Below, piece after piece: positions 54,144-63,497 of a stretch of 64,000 nucleotides of DNA (positions are counted from its first letter, which is position 1; each line of letters begins with the position of its first letter). Source of the DNA: Desulfatiglandales bacterium (lineage in GTDB: Bacteria; Desulfobacterota; DSM-4660; Desulfatiglandales; HGW-15). The position numbers were made by a program, and so were the translations under genes. The stretch spans positions 1,824,001-1,888,000 of the forward strand of contig CAXXJJ010000001.1 in assembly GCA_963667015.2 (NCBI GenBank). The letters run 5' to 3'. The notes under the pieces were generated by a model. That model did not search any database and was not told the DNA's origin. It was given only the letters and a program-made list of their open reading frames with translations.

Positions 54144-57100
54144 TTATCCGTTTACTTTAAGACTTTTTTCCCAGGATTTTCCCTGATAATCCAGTACTCC
54201 TTTTGTAACAGAGGTGTCCAGTATTTTATAAATTCTGACGGGATCACCCTGCCCGGTCATATGGAGTGTTATACTTTTCCCTTTTTCAAATGGAATTACC
54301 ACCACACGTTTTCCTGTTTTGATCATTTCCAGGCTGTCTTTGCCTGCAAAAACAGAATCAGGGATCTTTTTTAACTGGCGGCCTTCCGAATCACTGGCGG
54401 AAACAGTATCAAGACCGGATCGGGTGATCACAATCACACCATATTCATTGCCATAGCCCTGAGATAAAAAGGCCAGAAAATCCAGAGACTGGTCAACAAG
54501 GGTTTTGTTTGATATTTCACCTGCATGGGCCTTTGGAAAAATCAGGTCATCCAGGTAAGCAAAAAGTGATTTCTGAAAAACTGATGGAGAATAAGGACTC
54601 CTGCCGGAAGAGGTCGCATCTGAAATGGCCTGGTCCAGTGCCCATCCTGTAATAGTCTCCACCCAGGAAGCAAGCTTATATGGTTTAGCAAGCCTTAATG
54701 CGAGCTCTGCCTGCCCTGGATGAAGTGCATTCACTGTAGTGCCAAAGGCTTTTGCGGTTTGCTCCTTATAGAAAGCATTCATGGATTTTTTATATCCGGC
54801 TTTCATTGTATCGCCAAGGCCATCTCCGATGATTTTTCCTGCCAGCATCTGTCCTGCTGTGATAATGGCTCCTTTATAATCCCCTGCCCGTGATTTTAAT
54901 GCAATATCGGTGAGGCCGAAACCAAGGCTTCCCTGCGGGGTCAAACCGGCCACTGCCTTGAGGGTAGGCAGCAGAAAATATTCAAGCTCTCCCTGTCGGG
55001 CTGATACCCGGCTGACTTCAAGAGGCGTCAGCTCTTTTGTATGATCCTCGGTAAGGGCATCCCCTTTAAAATTCGGGTCCAGGGTTACTGAGGCATGAAA
55101 CGTTCCCCGCACAAAGGGGACAATGGCCGGAAACATCTGGTCAATGGGGATACCTTCTCCTGAAAGATCTTTACTGACTAAAAGCCACCTGTTATCTTTT
55201 GTTTTTTTAACCGTTCCAAGTACTATATCCCTGGTCAATGAATTTGATTGTTGTTTACTCCGTGTGGACTGTTCAATAAACGTGCTGACTGAAGAAAGTA
55301 ATTCATCTTCGCCGCTGTCAGGACCTGAAAAAACTGCCGGCGGGGAAAAGCCGGTCTGTTCTACTGTTAATTTTGGTTCAATTTGAAAATCGGAAAACAT
55401 TTTTTCAATATCTGCATCCGGGTGAAACCTGTCCCTGATATATACATGAATGGGGATGGTTAAAAATGGCTGGAACGGCGGTTTCCAGGAAACTGCAACC
55501 TCATCTGCCATAAGATCAATGCCAACAGAAAAGGTCAGGGTTCCGGACAGTTCAAGGTCAGGAATTTCAATGCTGACCTGCTCTTCAATGGCTGAATCTG
55601 CCGGCTGGGGACCATCCCAGAAATATGTAATTACATTGTCCGTGCCGGATGTCGCATCAATGGTCAGCTCCTTTCGAGGCATTTCTTCACTTGCAGATAT
55701 AAACCTGCCGTGACCGGAATTATTTTTAATAATGGCTTTATAGACTTTCCCCCAGTCTTTATCCGGGTTCTCAAACCGGAAAGTCAGTTCATTTTTATAA
55801 TCTTTATGTGCGGGAAGAATTGTGTACGCAGGTTTAATCTTGATACTTTCCCCGGCAAAGAGGTCAATATACAGGGTCTCCTGTACATTTAAATCGTCAC
55901 ACCGCACAATTATCTCCGCCCGTGGTACCGGCCCCGGGGGTATATCTTCTTTATCCGGCGCAGTGTAGATTACCTGTGCGCTTCCATTATTATCGGTTAT
56001 TATGGTCCGGTTTGACAGGTTTCCTACAGGCCTGCCATTATATGGTACATTTTTGACAGTTATTGATTTAACCTTTAAGGGAGTCCTGGAACTGTTATTC
56101 CCTGTAGATTTATCAAAAAGGGATATTGTCAAAAGACTTGAACTGCTGCCGTCCGCCTTTAAATTATTGATATCAGCCTTAACCGACAAAAATGCATCAT
56201 CCCGGACACCAAAGGAAGTGCCGGTCATGTCGAGGATATCAAATAAACTTTGTCGGCTCAATGTCCGGGCGGAGTTCCCAAAATCTGAGTAAATTTCCCG
56301 AGGTCCCTGGATATTTAAACCTCTCCCCAAACTAATCATGCCATGGCGAAGTATTTTCAACCGGGTGTCAGACAGCTTTTCTCCCTTCTCCAGCAGGCTT
56401 TTAATTGTATGGAGATAGTGGGCAATTATGTCCATCTCAAGTATTTCCCAATGCGGTGAAAAATCAAGGAGGGCTGTTTTTGATTCAGCTGCATATTCCC
56501 TTAAAGGTATATGCCACCTGTAGATAGACATCATTTCGGGATTATTTTCATAGGAAGAAAACTCTGAACAAAATCCAGGGAACTCAGGATTCATTGACTC
56601 AGGATACTCTTTCATGGCATTGAGCCTGAGCTCCAGATCCCTCTTTTGAGAGTTAAAGGACTTTGGTGAAAAATTTATTGATGTTGAATCTACGAGTTCG
56701 GCAAGGCTCATGTCTGAAAAATCTTTTCCTGAAAGAAATTCCTTTTTAAATTCACTGTAAAAGGCAAGCCAGTCATCCTCAATCTTTTTGGAATATGGAA
56801 GCACCTTTGCCGCAAAATCAATTATTTGTTTTCTCTGAAGTTCATAGAGCTCCTTTTCATTTTTATCATCACCGGATTTGCGCTTTCCGTCATTTTCCTG
56901 AGAAAAAATATAAGACCAGTAATCACCCTGATATCCGTTCCAGAAACCCCCGACTGGTGTATTAAGGGTAAATACCACACGACCCTTTCTAAAGGCCCCC
57001 CTGATCTGATAAAAATGATATGTCCTCGATCCGGTTCTTTTATAATTTTCGGAATGTTCTGTGTATGACCGTTTATATTCACTTAAAAAACCGGCGTCTG

Positions 57101-57560
57101 CCCCGGAAAGAGGTAATGGATTATTTTCCCTTTTAATATCCGTGATGTGGATATCTTTGCTCAGTTTTTCATCCTGGGCCTGAAAGGATTTTTTTAATGA
57201 GACCTCCTCCATTTTATAATACAATTCCAGCGCGGCCTGGGCCTGCTGAGGAGTCGTAAAAACATTAACATTTATATATTTGGGCTTTATCTCCTGTTCA
57301 AAATAAATATCTTTCCACCCACCTTCCAGGCATTCTTCACCATGTTCATCACTCCGTCTGCAATCATACATCCAGACAGGCTGTTTTATTTTCGGGTGGG
57401 TTTGAACAAACATGTATCCATTCCTGAAAAGAGTTTGCCCACTGCTGTCAAGGGGAATATCTTTTGCTGAAACATGAAACGGATTAAGTATAAATGAAAA
57501 AATGAATGCGAGATAAAAAATATAATTAGCGGTCACTGTTTTTTTCTTGTAACTCATCAA
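54144..57560 (-). CDS. Large secreted multidomain protein with invasin-like Ig segment
   Basis: Signal peptide; LKADGSSSSLLTISL...TDNNGSAQVIYTAP. Confidence 0.7.
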   Translation of the reverse strand: MMSYKKKTVTANYIFYLAFIFSFILNPFHVSAKDIPLDSSGQTLFRNGYMFVQTHPKIKQPVWMYDCRRSDEHGEECLEGGWKDIYFEQEIKPKYINVNVFTTPQQAQAALELYYKMEEVSLKKSFQAQDEKLSKDIHITDIKRENNPLPLSGADAGFLSEYKRSYTEHSENYKRTGSRTYHFYQIRGAFRKGRVVFTLNTPVGGFWNGYQGDYWSYIFSQENDGKRKSGDDKNEKELYELQRKQIIDFAAKVLPYSKKIEDDWLAFYSEFKKEFLSGKDFSDMSLAELVDSTSINFSPKSFNSQKRDLELRLNAMKEYPESMNPEFPGFCSEFSSYENNPEMMSIYRWHIPLREYAAESKTALLDFSPHWEILEMDIIAHYLHTIKSLLEKGEKLSDTRLKILRHGMISLGRGLNIQGPREIYSDFGNSARTLSRQSLFDILDMTGTSFGVRDDAFLSVKADINNLKADGSSSSLLTISLFDKSTGNNSSRTPLKVKSITVKNVPYNGRPVGNLSNRTIITDNNGSAQVIYTAPDKEDIPPGPVPRAEIIVRCDDLNVQETLYIDLFAGESIKIKPAYTILPAHKDYKNELTFRFENPDKDWGKVYKAIIKNNSGHGRFISASEEMPRKELTIDATSGTDNVITYFWDGPQPADSAIEEQVSIEIPDLELSGTLTFSVGIDLMADEVAVSWKPPFQPFLTIPIHVYIRDRFHPDADIEKMFSDFQIEPKLTVEQTGFSPPAVFSGPDSGEDELLSSVSTFIEQSTRSKQQSNSLTRDIVLGTVKKTKDNRWLLVSKDLSGEGIPIDQMFPAIVPFVRGTFHASVTLDPNFKGDALTEDHTKELTPLEVSRVSARQGELEYFLLPTLKAVAGLTPQGSLGFGLTDIALKSRAGDYKGAIITAGQMLAGKIIGDGLGDTMKAGYKKSMNAFYKEQTAKAFGTTVNALHPGQAELALRLAKPYKLASWVETITGWALDQAISDATSSGRSPYSPSVFQKSLFAYLDDLIFPKAHAGEISNKTLVDQSLDFLAFLSQGYGNEYGVIVITRSGLDTVSASDSEGRQLKKIPDSVFAGKDSLEMIKTGKRVVVIPFEKGKSITLHMTGQGDPVRIYKILDTSVTKGVLDYQGKSWEKSLKVNG

Positions 57561-57861
57561 TATGTCATCCTTATTTTAACAAAGAGGTAACTGTCATTTT
57601 TATTATTAAAAACATGATATTTTATTGTCTCACGACCGTGATTAAGTTCTAGAGTAATACATCGGCTTCGTGTCTTAAATCTTTAACAGCTATCAAATGA
57701 AAACATCGAGGTGTAGAGCAGCCGACAAGGCTGCGGTTCAGCAGTTCATCTTTTTTCCTGACAGTCTTCAGCAGAAAACGCTTCCATGGCACGACGAAGC
57801 TTCAGCGAAGGCGGCAGCCTATTTTTATCCTGACTTTTGATTCCGACATCTGACTTCTATC

Positions 57862-58023
57862 TTTTCCTTATCCTAACAGCCTTCAGACTAAAAAGCTTCA
57901 GCCTGCTTTTCACACTGACCTCCGATTTCTGATCTCTGGCCTTTTCCTTCTTGAATTATTCCTAAATAAGTTTTAAGAATAGCATGTATCTTTTCGGGTA
58001 TAAAACTTTACTGCCTTACAAGT
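57862..58023. repeat. Intergenic repeat, copy 1 of 3 (others about 59030-59177 and 61320-61428)
   Basis: Shared core ttttccttcttgaattattcctaaataagttttaagaataNcatgtatc; ctctgat heptamers. Confidence 0.9.
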
Positions 58024-58079
58024 TTTGAGCTTATGGATTGTCCCATGTTCCATATAAAAATTAAAGCCAATGTATTTTT

Positions 58080-58121
58080 TGAGTGGAAAAACCACGCAAT
58101 TGAGTGGTATAAACACGCATT
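58080..58121 (+). promoter_or_regulatory. Tandem 21-bp operator repeats with extended -10, probably leaderless
   Basis: tgagtggaaaaaccacgcaat / tgagtggtataaacacgcatt; TGgTATAAA ends 8 nt before the ATG; no SD. Confidence 0.65.
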
Positions 58122-58730
58122 ATGGATACGCTAAGTCAAATACTTTCATCACGAACACGTGCGGAGATCTTTAAACTCCTCTTTGGAACAAAAGAGGAAG
58201 AACTCCATATTCGGGAAATTGAACGTCGTACTCAACTAAACGACAGTACCATACGTCAGGAATTAAATAAGTTACTGAAGCTTGATCTTGTAATAAGCAG
58301 GAAGGACAGCAACCGTGTCTATTACAGGGCAAATAAAACAAACCCGCTGTACCCCGATATACATAATCTTGTTCTTAAAAGCGCCGGGCTCAGGGATATC
58401 CTTTGGAAAGCCCTTAATAATAAAGAAATTAAAATAGCTTTTGTGTTCGGCTCTATAAGTGAAGGCCGAGAAACGTCCGAAAGTGATGTGGATCTCTTTA
58501 TAATCGGATCACTGGGTATGCGTAAAATCTCATCTTTGCTTTCAGGTACTGCAGGTATAATTGGCAGAGAAATAAACATGCATGCAATATCAGAGAGTGA
58601 AATAATAAAAAGGTACAACAGCAAAGATCATTTTATTAACAGTGTGATAAAATCAAAAAAATTATACATTATCGGAACAGAAGATGACCTTAAAGCAATG
58701 GTCGGAAAACGGCTGGTTGAGAGCTCATAA
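58122..58730 (+). CDS. Winged-HTH plus minimal nucleotidyltransferase (MNT antitoxin)
   Basis: LSSRTRAEIF...IRQELNKL; FVFGSISEGRETSESDVDLFIIG. Confidence 0.9.
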   Translation: MDTLSQILSSRTRAEIFKLLFGTKEEELHIREIERRTQLNDSTIRQELNKLLKLDLVISRKDSNRVYYRANKTNPLYPDIHNLVLKSAGLRDILWKALNNKEIKIAFVFGSISEGRETSESDVDLFIIGSLGMRKISSLLSGTAGIIGREINMHAISESEIIKRYNSKDHFINSVIKSKKLYIIGTEDDLKAMVGKRLVESS

Positions 58731-58908
58731 AACAGGCCCACAGGAAATTGGTAATCTCCTTGCCATTGTGGATCGGGATATCAAAGATGCCTACCAGGGT
58801 GAAATCTCAGCAGACTAGTCTTTTGGAATAGCATATAATGCGGCACTCAAACTATGTACTGTCCTGCTCTATGCCCGGGGTTATAAATCCGAGAGAAGCG
58901 TGGCTTGA
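58684..58908 (+). pseudogene. HEPN-like toxin fragment, copy 1 (nonsense TAG at 58816, truncated)
   Basis: MTLKQWSENGWL...RDIKDA...SAD*SFGIAYNAAL; overlaps the MNT 3' end. Confidence 0.8.
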
Positions 58909-59786
58909 AAAAGAGCATCCTGATCTGCAGAACCAAAAGAAACATTTCCCTCAGTAAACTTTATTGATTATTTAATTCTGTCATTTCGAAGAGTGTCTGA
59001 GAAAATCACTGACCTCTGATCTCTTTTCTTTTCCTTTTCCTAACAGCCTTCAGACTAAAAAGCTTCAGCCTGCTTTTCATTCTGACCTCCGCTCTCTGAT
59101 CTCTGATCTCTGGTCTTTTCCTTCTTGAATTATTCCTAAATAAGTTTTAAGAATAACATGTATCTTTTCGGGTATAATAAAAATCTGCAATAAAGCGCCT
59201 ATACGCTTCATCATATAAAGATTACTAAGTGTATTTTTGTCGTCATTTTTACCCTGTTAAATCCACCAAGTGGGCTGGGAACCAGCATTTAACAGGGTGA
59301 ATCTTGTTAAAGCCGTGTAGCGGAATATGGAGCATTATTTAACAGGGCGAGCCGGGAATCCATTTGTTTTTGAATTATGATGTTGATTTACTGGCAAGAG
59401 TCAAGAGTGGACTTGACCCCTTAAAAAAGCCTTGCTATTACTGCATCTTAAGAGTTATTTACTTTTTTATTGTCGTTCCAGTTCGCAAGATTTTGCTTCA
59501 TCATGTATGGTATTTTTGTCGTCATTCCACGGCGTGACCGTGGAATCCAGTTGTTTTTAATTTGAAATTATTTGGGAACTGTCAAATGTCAAGGGCTGAT
59601 CCCGGTCTACTCATGGATTCTGTGGAATACATATTTTTCATACTTTTAATGTACCATTATTGACGTAACTTCTATTTTCGCCTAATATTTTCCTGCACGT
59701 TTCAAATGTGTTTAGTTTTTTGAAAGGTCGAATGAACTTCAAGCGATATCCGATGCTACTCCCAATCATTCGGCCTTTCGCTTTTT

Positions 59787-59990
59787 TTATTGACCGCCCG
59801 GCCACATAACCACTCTTGAATTATCTTTCCATAAATAGGGCTCTGATTCTGCTTAGTCAGCGTCGCTCCACTCCTGTTTAGTAGGATTCTCCACCGATCC
59901 AAATCTCCTGCATTTACGGCACTCCACCAACAAGCTCCTTGACTGCTGAGTCTTAGAAAATACATACCATTCGTGTTTACATTCTTTCAT
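59787..59990 (-). pseudogene. Small Zn-ribbon-like protein with in-frame TAA (not in ORF track)
   Basis: MKECKHEWYVFS...LLVECRKCRRFGSVENPTKQEWSDAD*AESEPYLWKDNSRVVMWPGGQ. Confidence 0.6.
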
Positions 59991-60310
59991 TTTGCCCTAT
60001 TAAATCCCTTAAATTTTCACCTTGAAAATATCTGAAAATGGGTATAGAAAAAAATATCAAATCAAGTTTAACGATTTAATTGCCTTACAAAATTTAAAAC
60101 CTCGATGATTTTAGAAATAAAAATTGATTTTTTATTTCTAAATCGTTCCAATTAATTAGTTCCATTATTTCATATAGTTAGATTTTTATTTATTTTATTT
60201 GCATTCTTTTATTTTTTATTCATCATTCTGTATAACATTCAAAAAGTAATGATATCCAGAACTGGTTAATCACTTGTTAAACAAAAATGACTACTAAAGG
60301 AGGAATCTGC

Positions 60311-60892
60311 ATGAATGTAGTAGCACTTTTTGGCAGTCCTAGAGCAAATGGAAATACAGCAACACTCACTAAAATATTTAACAAAACTGCCGAGGATTTA
60401 GGGGCAAACGTGCAAACCTTTTTTTTGAATAAACTTGATGCTAAAGGATGCCAGGCATGTGACGTCTGTAAAACAAAAACAGATCATTGTGTTATCAAGG
60501 ATGATCTGGCAAAAGTCTTAGAATCTGTAAAAAATGCAGATATCCTGGTCGCAGCAACACCGATTTATTTTGCCGATATTTCTGCCCAGTTTAAAATCTT
60601 TGTTGACCGTTGTTATTCGTATTTAGAACCTTATGAAACAATGCCAGAAGCCAGCCGGTTGAAGGCGGGGAAAAAGTTTGTGCTAATTACCGCTCAGAAC
60701 CGAGAAAAGGATATGTTTGCTGAAGTGTGTACCAAGTACCTCATGTTATTTGAGTTTCTTGGCTTCAAGGAAACACATCTTATCAGAGGGTGCGATCTTT
60801 TGAAAGAAGATGAGATAGAAACAAAAAAACGTCAGGATCTTATTAACCTATCAAAAGAAACGGCAAGGAAGATAGTAAAATTAGCTGTTTAA
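60311..60892 (+). CDS. Iron-sulfur flavoprotein / flavodoxin family
   Basis: GSPRANGNT, CQACDVC...C, ATPIYF, KIFVDR; SD AAGGAGG. Confidence 0.92.
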   Translation: MNVVALFGSPRANGNTATLTKIFNKTAEDLGANVQTFFLNKLDAKGCQACDVCKTKTDHCVIKDDLAKVLESVKNADILVAATPIYFADISAQFKIFVDRCYSYLEPYETMPEASRLKAGKKFVLITAQNREKDMFAEVCTKYLMLFEFLGFKETHLIRGCDLLKEDEIETKKRQDLINLSKETARKIVKLAV

Positions 60893-60910
60893 TGAAAAGC
60901 ATAGGGGGCA

Positions 60911-60969
60911 CCCTTGACTGTGACGTTTAGTGCTACCTGTGCAGGTTATACAAGTGTCACAGTCAAGGG
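60911..60969. repeat. 14-bp perfect inverted repeat
   Basis: CCCTTGACTGTGAC...GTCACAGTCAAGGG. Confidence 0.9.
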
Positions 60970-61013
60970 CGTACCCTTTAATGGGTGACCCCGGTCTATT
61001 ACAGGAACAGAAG

Positions 61014-61238
61014 ATGACCTTAAAGCAATGGTCGGAAAACGGCTGGTTGAGAGCTCATAAAACAGGCCCACAGGAAATTGGTAATCTCCTTGCCATTGTG
61101 GAGCGGGATATCAAAGATGCCTACCAGGGTGAAATCTCAGCAGACTGGTCTTTTGGAATAGCATATAATGCGGCACTCAAACTATGTACTGTCCTGCTCT
61201 ATGCCCGGGGTTATAAATCCGAGAGAAGCCTGGCTTGA
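61014..61238 (+). pseudogene. HEPN-like toxin fragment, copy 2 (no nonsense codon, same truncation)
   Basis: Near-identical to 58684-58908 at an offset of 2330 bp. Confidence 0.8.
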
Positions 61239-61474
61239 AAAAGAGCATCCTGATCTTTTCCCTCAGTAAACTTTATTGATTATTTAATTCTGTCATTTCG
61301 AAGAGTATCTGAGAAAATCACTAACCTCCGATCTCTGATCTCTGGGCTTTTCCTTCTTGAATTATTCCTAAATAAGTTTTAAGAATATCATGTATCATTT
61401 CAGGCATAAAGAATTACTGTCTTACAAGTCTTTCAAAATAAATTATTACCAGTTTTAAAATAAAAACCATTATC

Positions 61475-61592
61475 CTATTTTAACAAGAGGGGGAAATGTT
61501 ATTTGATTATTTAAGGACGTCCCCTTTAACTGACTATTTTAACAAGAGGGGGAAATGTTATTTGATTATTTAAGGACGTCCCCTTTAACTGA
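61475..61592. repeat. Exact 59-bp tandem duplication
   Basis: ctattttaacaagagggggaaatgttatttgattatttaaggacgtcccctttaactga twice. Confidence 0.95.
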
Positions 61593-61690
61593 GTGGAATT
61601 ATATTTTACATCCAACTAAAATGTGATTTTATTTTTGAGTCATCCCTTAGCAAAAATATCTATAGGCGAAATAAATAACCGAGGTAAAAA

Positions 61691-62623
61691 ATGATCGGAA
61701 AAATCACAAGAGTTCCTCTTCGAGCTGTGTGGAAGCATGAAGCATATGATCTGACACAATGGCTTCAGGACAATATCGATGTCCTAAATGATGTCTTGGA
61801 TTTAAATCTTTCAAACCCCGAGCGGGAACAATCTGCTGGTTCATTCAATATTGACATTGTTGCTGAAGATGATGCCGGAAATCCTGTGATTATTGAGAAC
61901 CAGCTAGAAAAAAGTGACCATGATCATCTTGGCAAAGTCATTACATACTTGGTTGCAATGGGTGCAAAAACAGCTATATGGATAGTATCAAATCCAAGGC
62001 CAGAGCATATAGCCGCCATTACCTGGCTAAATGAATCATCTGTTGCAGATTTCTATTTGCTTAAAATCGAAGCTATTCAAATCGGAGAATCTCCGCCAGC
62101 ACCATTGTTGACTGTTATTGTTGGACCAAGTGAAGAAGGTAAAGAAGTCGGTAAGGCTAAAAAAGAGATGGCTGAGCGTTACACTATCAGAGAAAATTTC
62201 TGGGCGCAGCTATTAGCTTATTCAAAACAAAAAACAAAGCTGCATTCGAATATATCGCCAACTCAGCATAGCTGGCTTGGTACAAGTGCCGGAAAGCCAG
62301 GCTTAGGGTTCAACTATGCAATAAGAAAAAATGAAACACAGGTCGAATTATATATTGATAAAGGAAAAGAGAAGGAAAAGGAAAACAAAAATATATTCGA
62401 CAAGCTATATAATAAGAAAGAAGAGATTGAGAGTGCTTTTGGAGGAAAACTTCTCTGGGAAAGGCTAGAGGGCAAGCGAGCTTGCAGAATAAGTAAAAAG
62501 ATATCAATTGGCGGCTATCGTGATGATGAAGAAAAATGGCCTCAGATTCATAAAGCTATGGTTGAGGCAATGATAAAGCTAGCTGATTCTTTAAAACCCC
62601 ATATAGCAAAACTGAATATATAA
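61691..62623 (+). CDS. PD-(D/E)xK (NucS-like) nuclease plus DUF4268 domain protein
   Basis: VWKHEAYD, IDIVAED, IIENQLEKSDHDHLGK; FWAQL, LLWERLEGKRACRI. Confidence 0.85.
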   Translation: MIGKITRVPLRAVWKHEAYDLTQWLQDNIDVLNDVLDLNLSNPEREQSAGSFNIDIVAEDDAGNPVIIENQLEKSDHDHLGKVITYLVAMGAKTAIWIVSNPRPEHIAAITWLNESSVADFYLLKIEAIQIGESPPAPLLTVIVGPSEEGKEVGKAKKEMAERYTIRENFWAQLLAYSKQKTKLHSNISPTQHSWLGTSAGKPGLGFNYAIRKNETQVELYIDKGKEKEKENKNIFDKLYNKKEEIESAFGGKLLWERLEGKRACRISKKISIGGYRDDEEKWPQIHKAMVEAMIKLADSLKPHIAKLNI

Positions 62624-62624
62624 A

Positions 62625-63479
62625 ATGATAACCAACAATATCCGTAATACTCTAAAAGAAATAACAGATGAACTCTGCGATTTACTCAAAGGTATTCCTG
62701 TAAGAAGAAGAGAGCGTTCTGCAGAACTGCTGATTGTCGCACATGATTATTATTTGGAGGAATTGACACCTGATCAGCAGAATCTTCAAATGAAAATCAA
62801 AAGAATGTATGAGCCAGTCTTTGAACTGTTAAAGGTAATATTTCATAATGCTCCTGATAATGTTTACAATGATTTTATTGATCAGGATAAATCGTTTAGG
62901 GAGTGGCTTGAACTTACATTAAGCTGGTCTCTCTCACCCGACTATGAATCAAATGTTAAAAATCTAAAGGAAGAATTAAATGGTTTTGAAAAGCTTATAG
63001 ACATCCTTGAAAGTGACGGAAACGAAAAAGTAATTCTGATCCCGGATACAAATTCATTATTAACATCCTGTGAACCAAATGATTATAAAGCTATTGCAGA
63101 GTCTGATAAGTTTGATTTTCTACTACTTCCAACTGTCCTTGGAGAACTTGATAAACTGAAAATAGAACATAAGAATCCCGATGTGAGAGACAAGGCAAAG
63201 AAAATTATCACAAGGTTTAAAGGATGGAGAAAGCAAGGTTCTCTATCAGATGGCGTAACAGTAAATAAGACAATTACTGTCAGAGCTGAGCATAAAGAAC
63301 CCAACATGAAAAATACTCTGTCCTGGCTTGATAAAGAAAACTCAGATGACCGTATCATTGCAAGCGTTCTCTCTGTCCAATCAGAATCACCTTCTGCAAA
63401 AATTATCTTAGTCACAGGAGATATTAATCTTCTAAACAAAGCTGATCCTGCCATGATTGAGACAGGGGAATTAGAATAA
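62625..63479 (+). CDS. PIN-domain protein (Swt1/PhoH-type PIN) with N-terminal helical domain
   Basis: IPDTNSLL, PTVLGELDKLK, NSDDRII, LVTGDINLLNKA. Confidence 0.85.
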   Translation: MITNNIRNTLKEITDELCDLLKGIPVRRRERSAELLIVAHDYYLEELTPDQQNLQMKIKRMYEPVFELLKVIFHNAPDNVYNDFIDQDKSFREWLELTLSWSLSPDYESNVKNLKEELNGFEKLIDILESDGNEKVILIPDTNSLLTSCEPNDYKAIAESDKFDFLLLPTVLGELDKLKIEHKNPDVRDKAKKIITRFKGWRKQGSLSDGVTVNKTITVRAEHKEPNMKNTLSWLDKENSDDRIIASVLSVQSESPSAKIILVTGDINLLNKADPAMIETGELE

Positions 63480-63497
63480 ATAAGGATAAAAACAGTC

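Noticed and set aside
59756..59965. 69-aa ORF from the track
   Set aside because: The overlapping frame 59787-59990 is more protein-like.
60930..61013. N-terminal extension of ORF 60930-61238
   Set aside because: It reads through the hairpin; the duplicate copy supports ATG 61014.
57862..61592. CRISPR array
   Set aside because: Repeats are long, irregularly spaced and separated by genes; no cas genes in the window.
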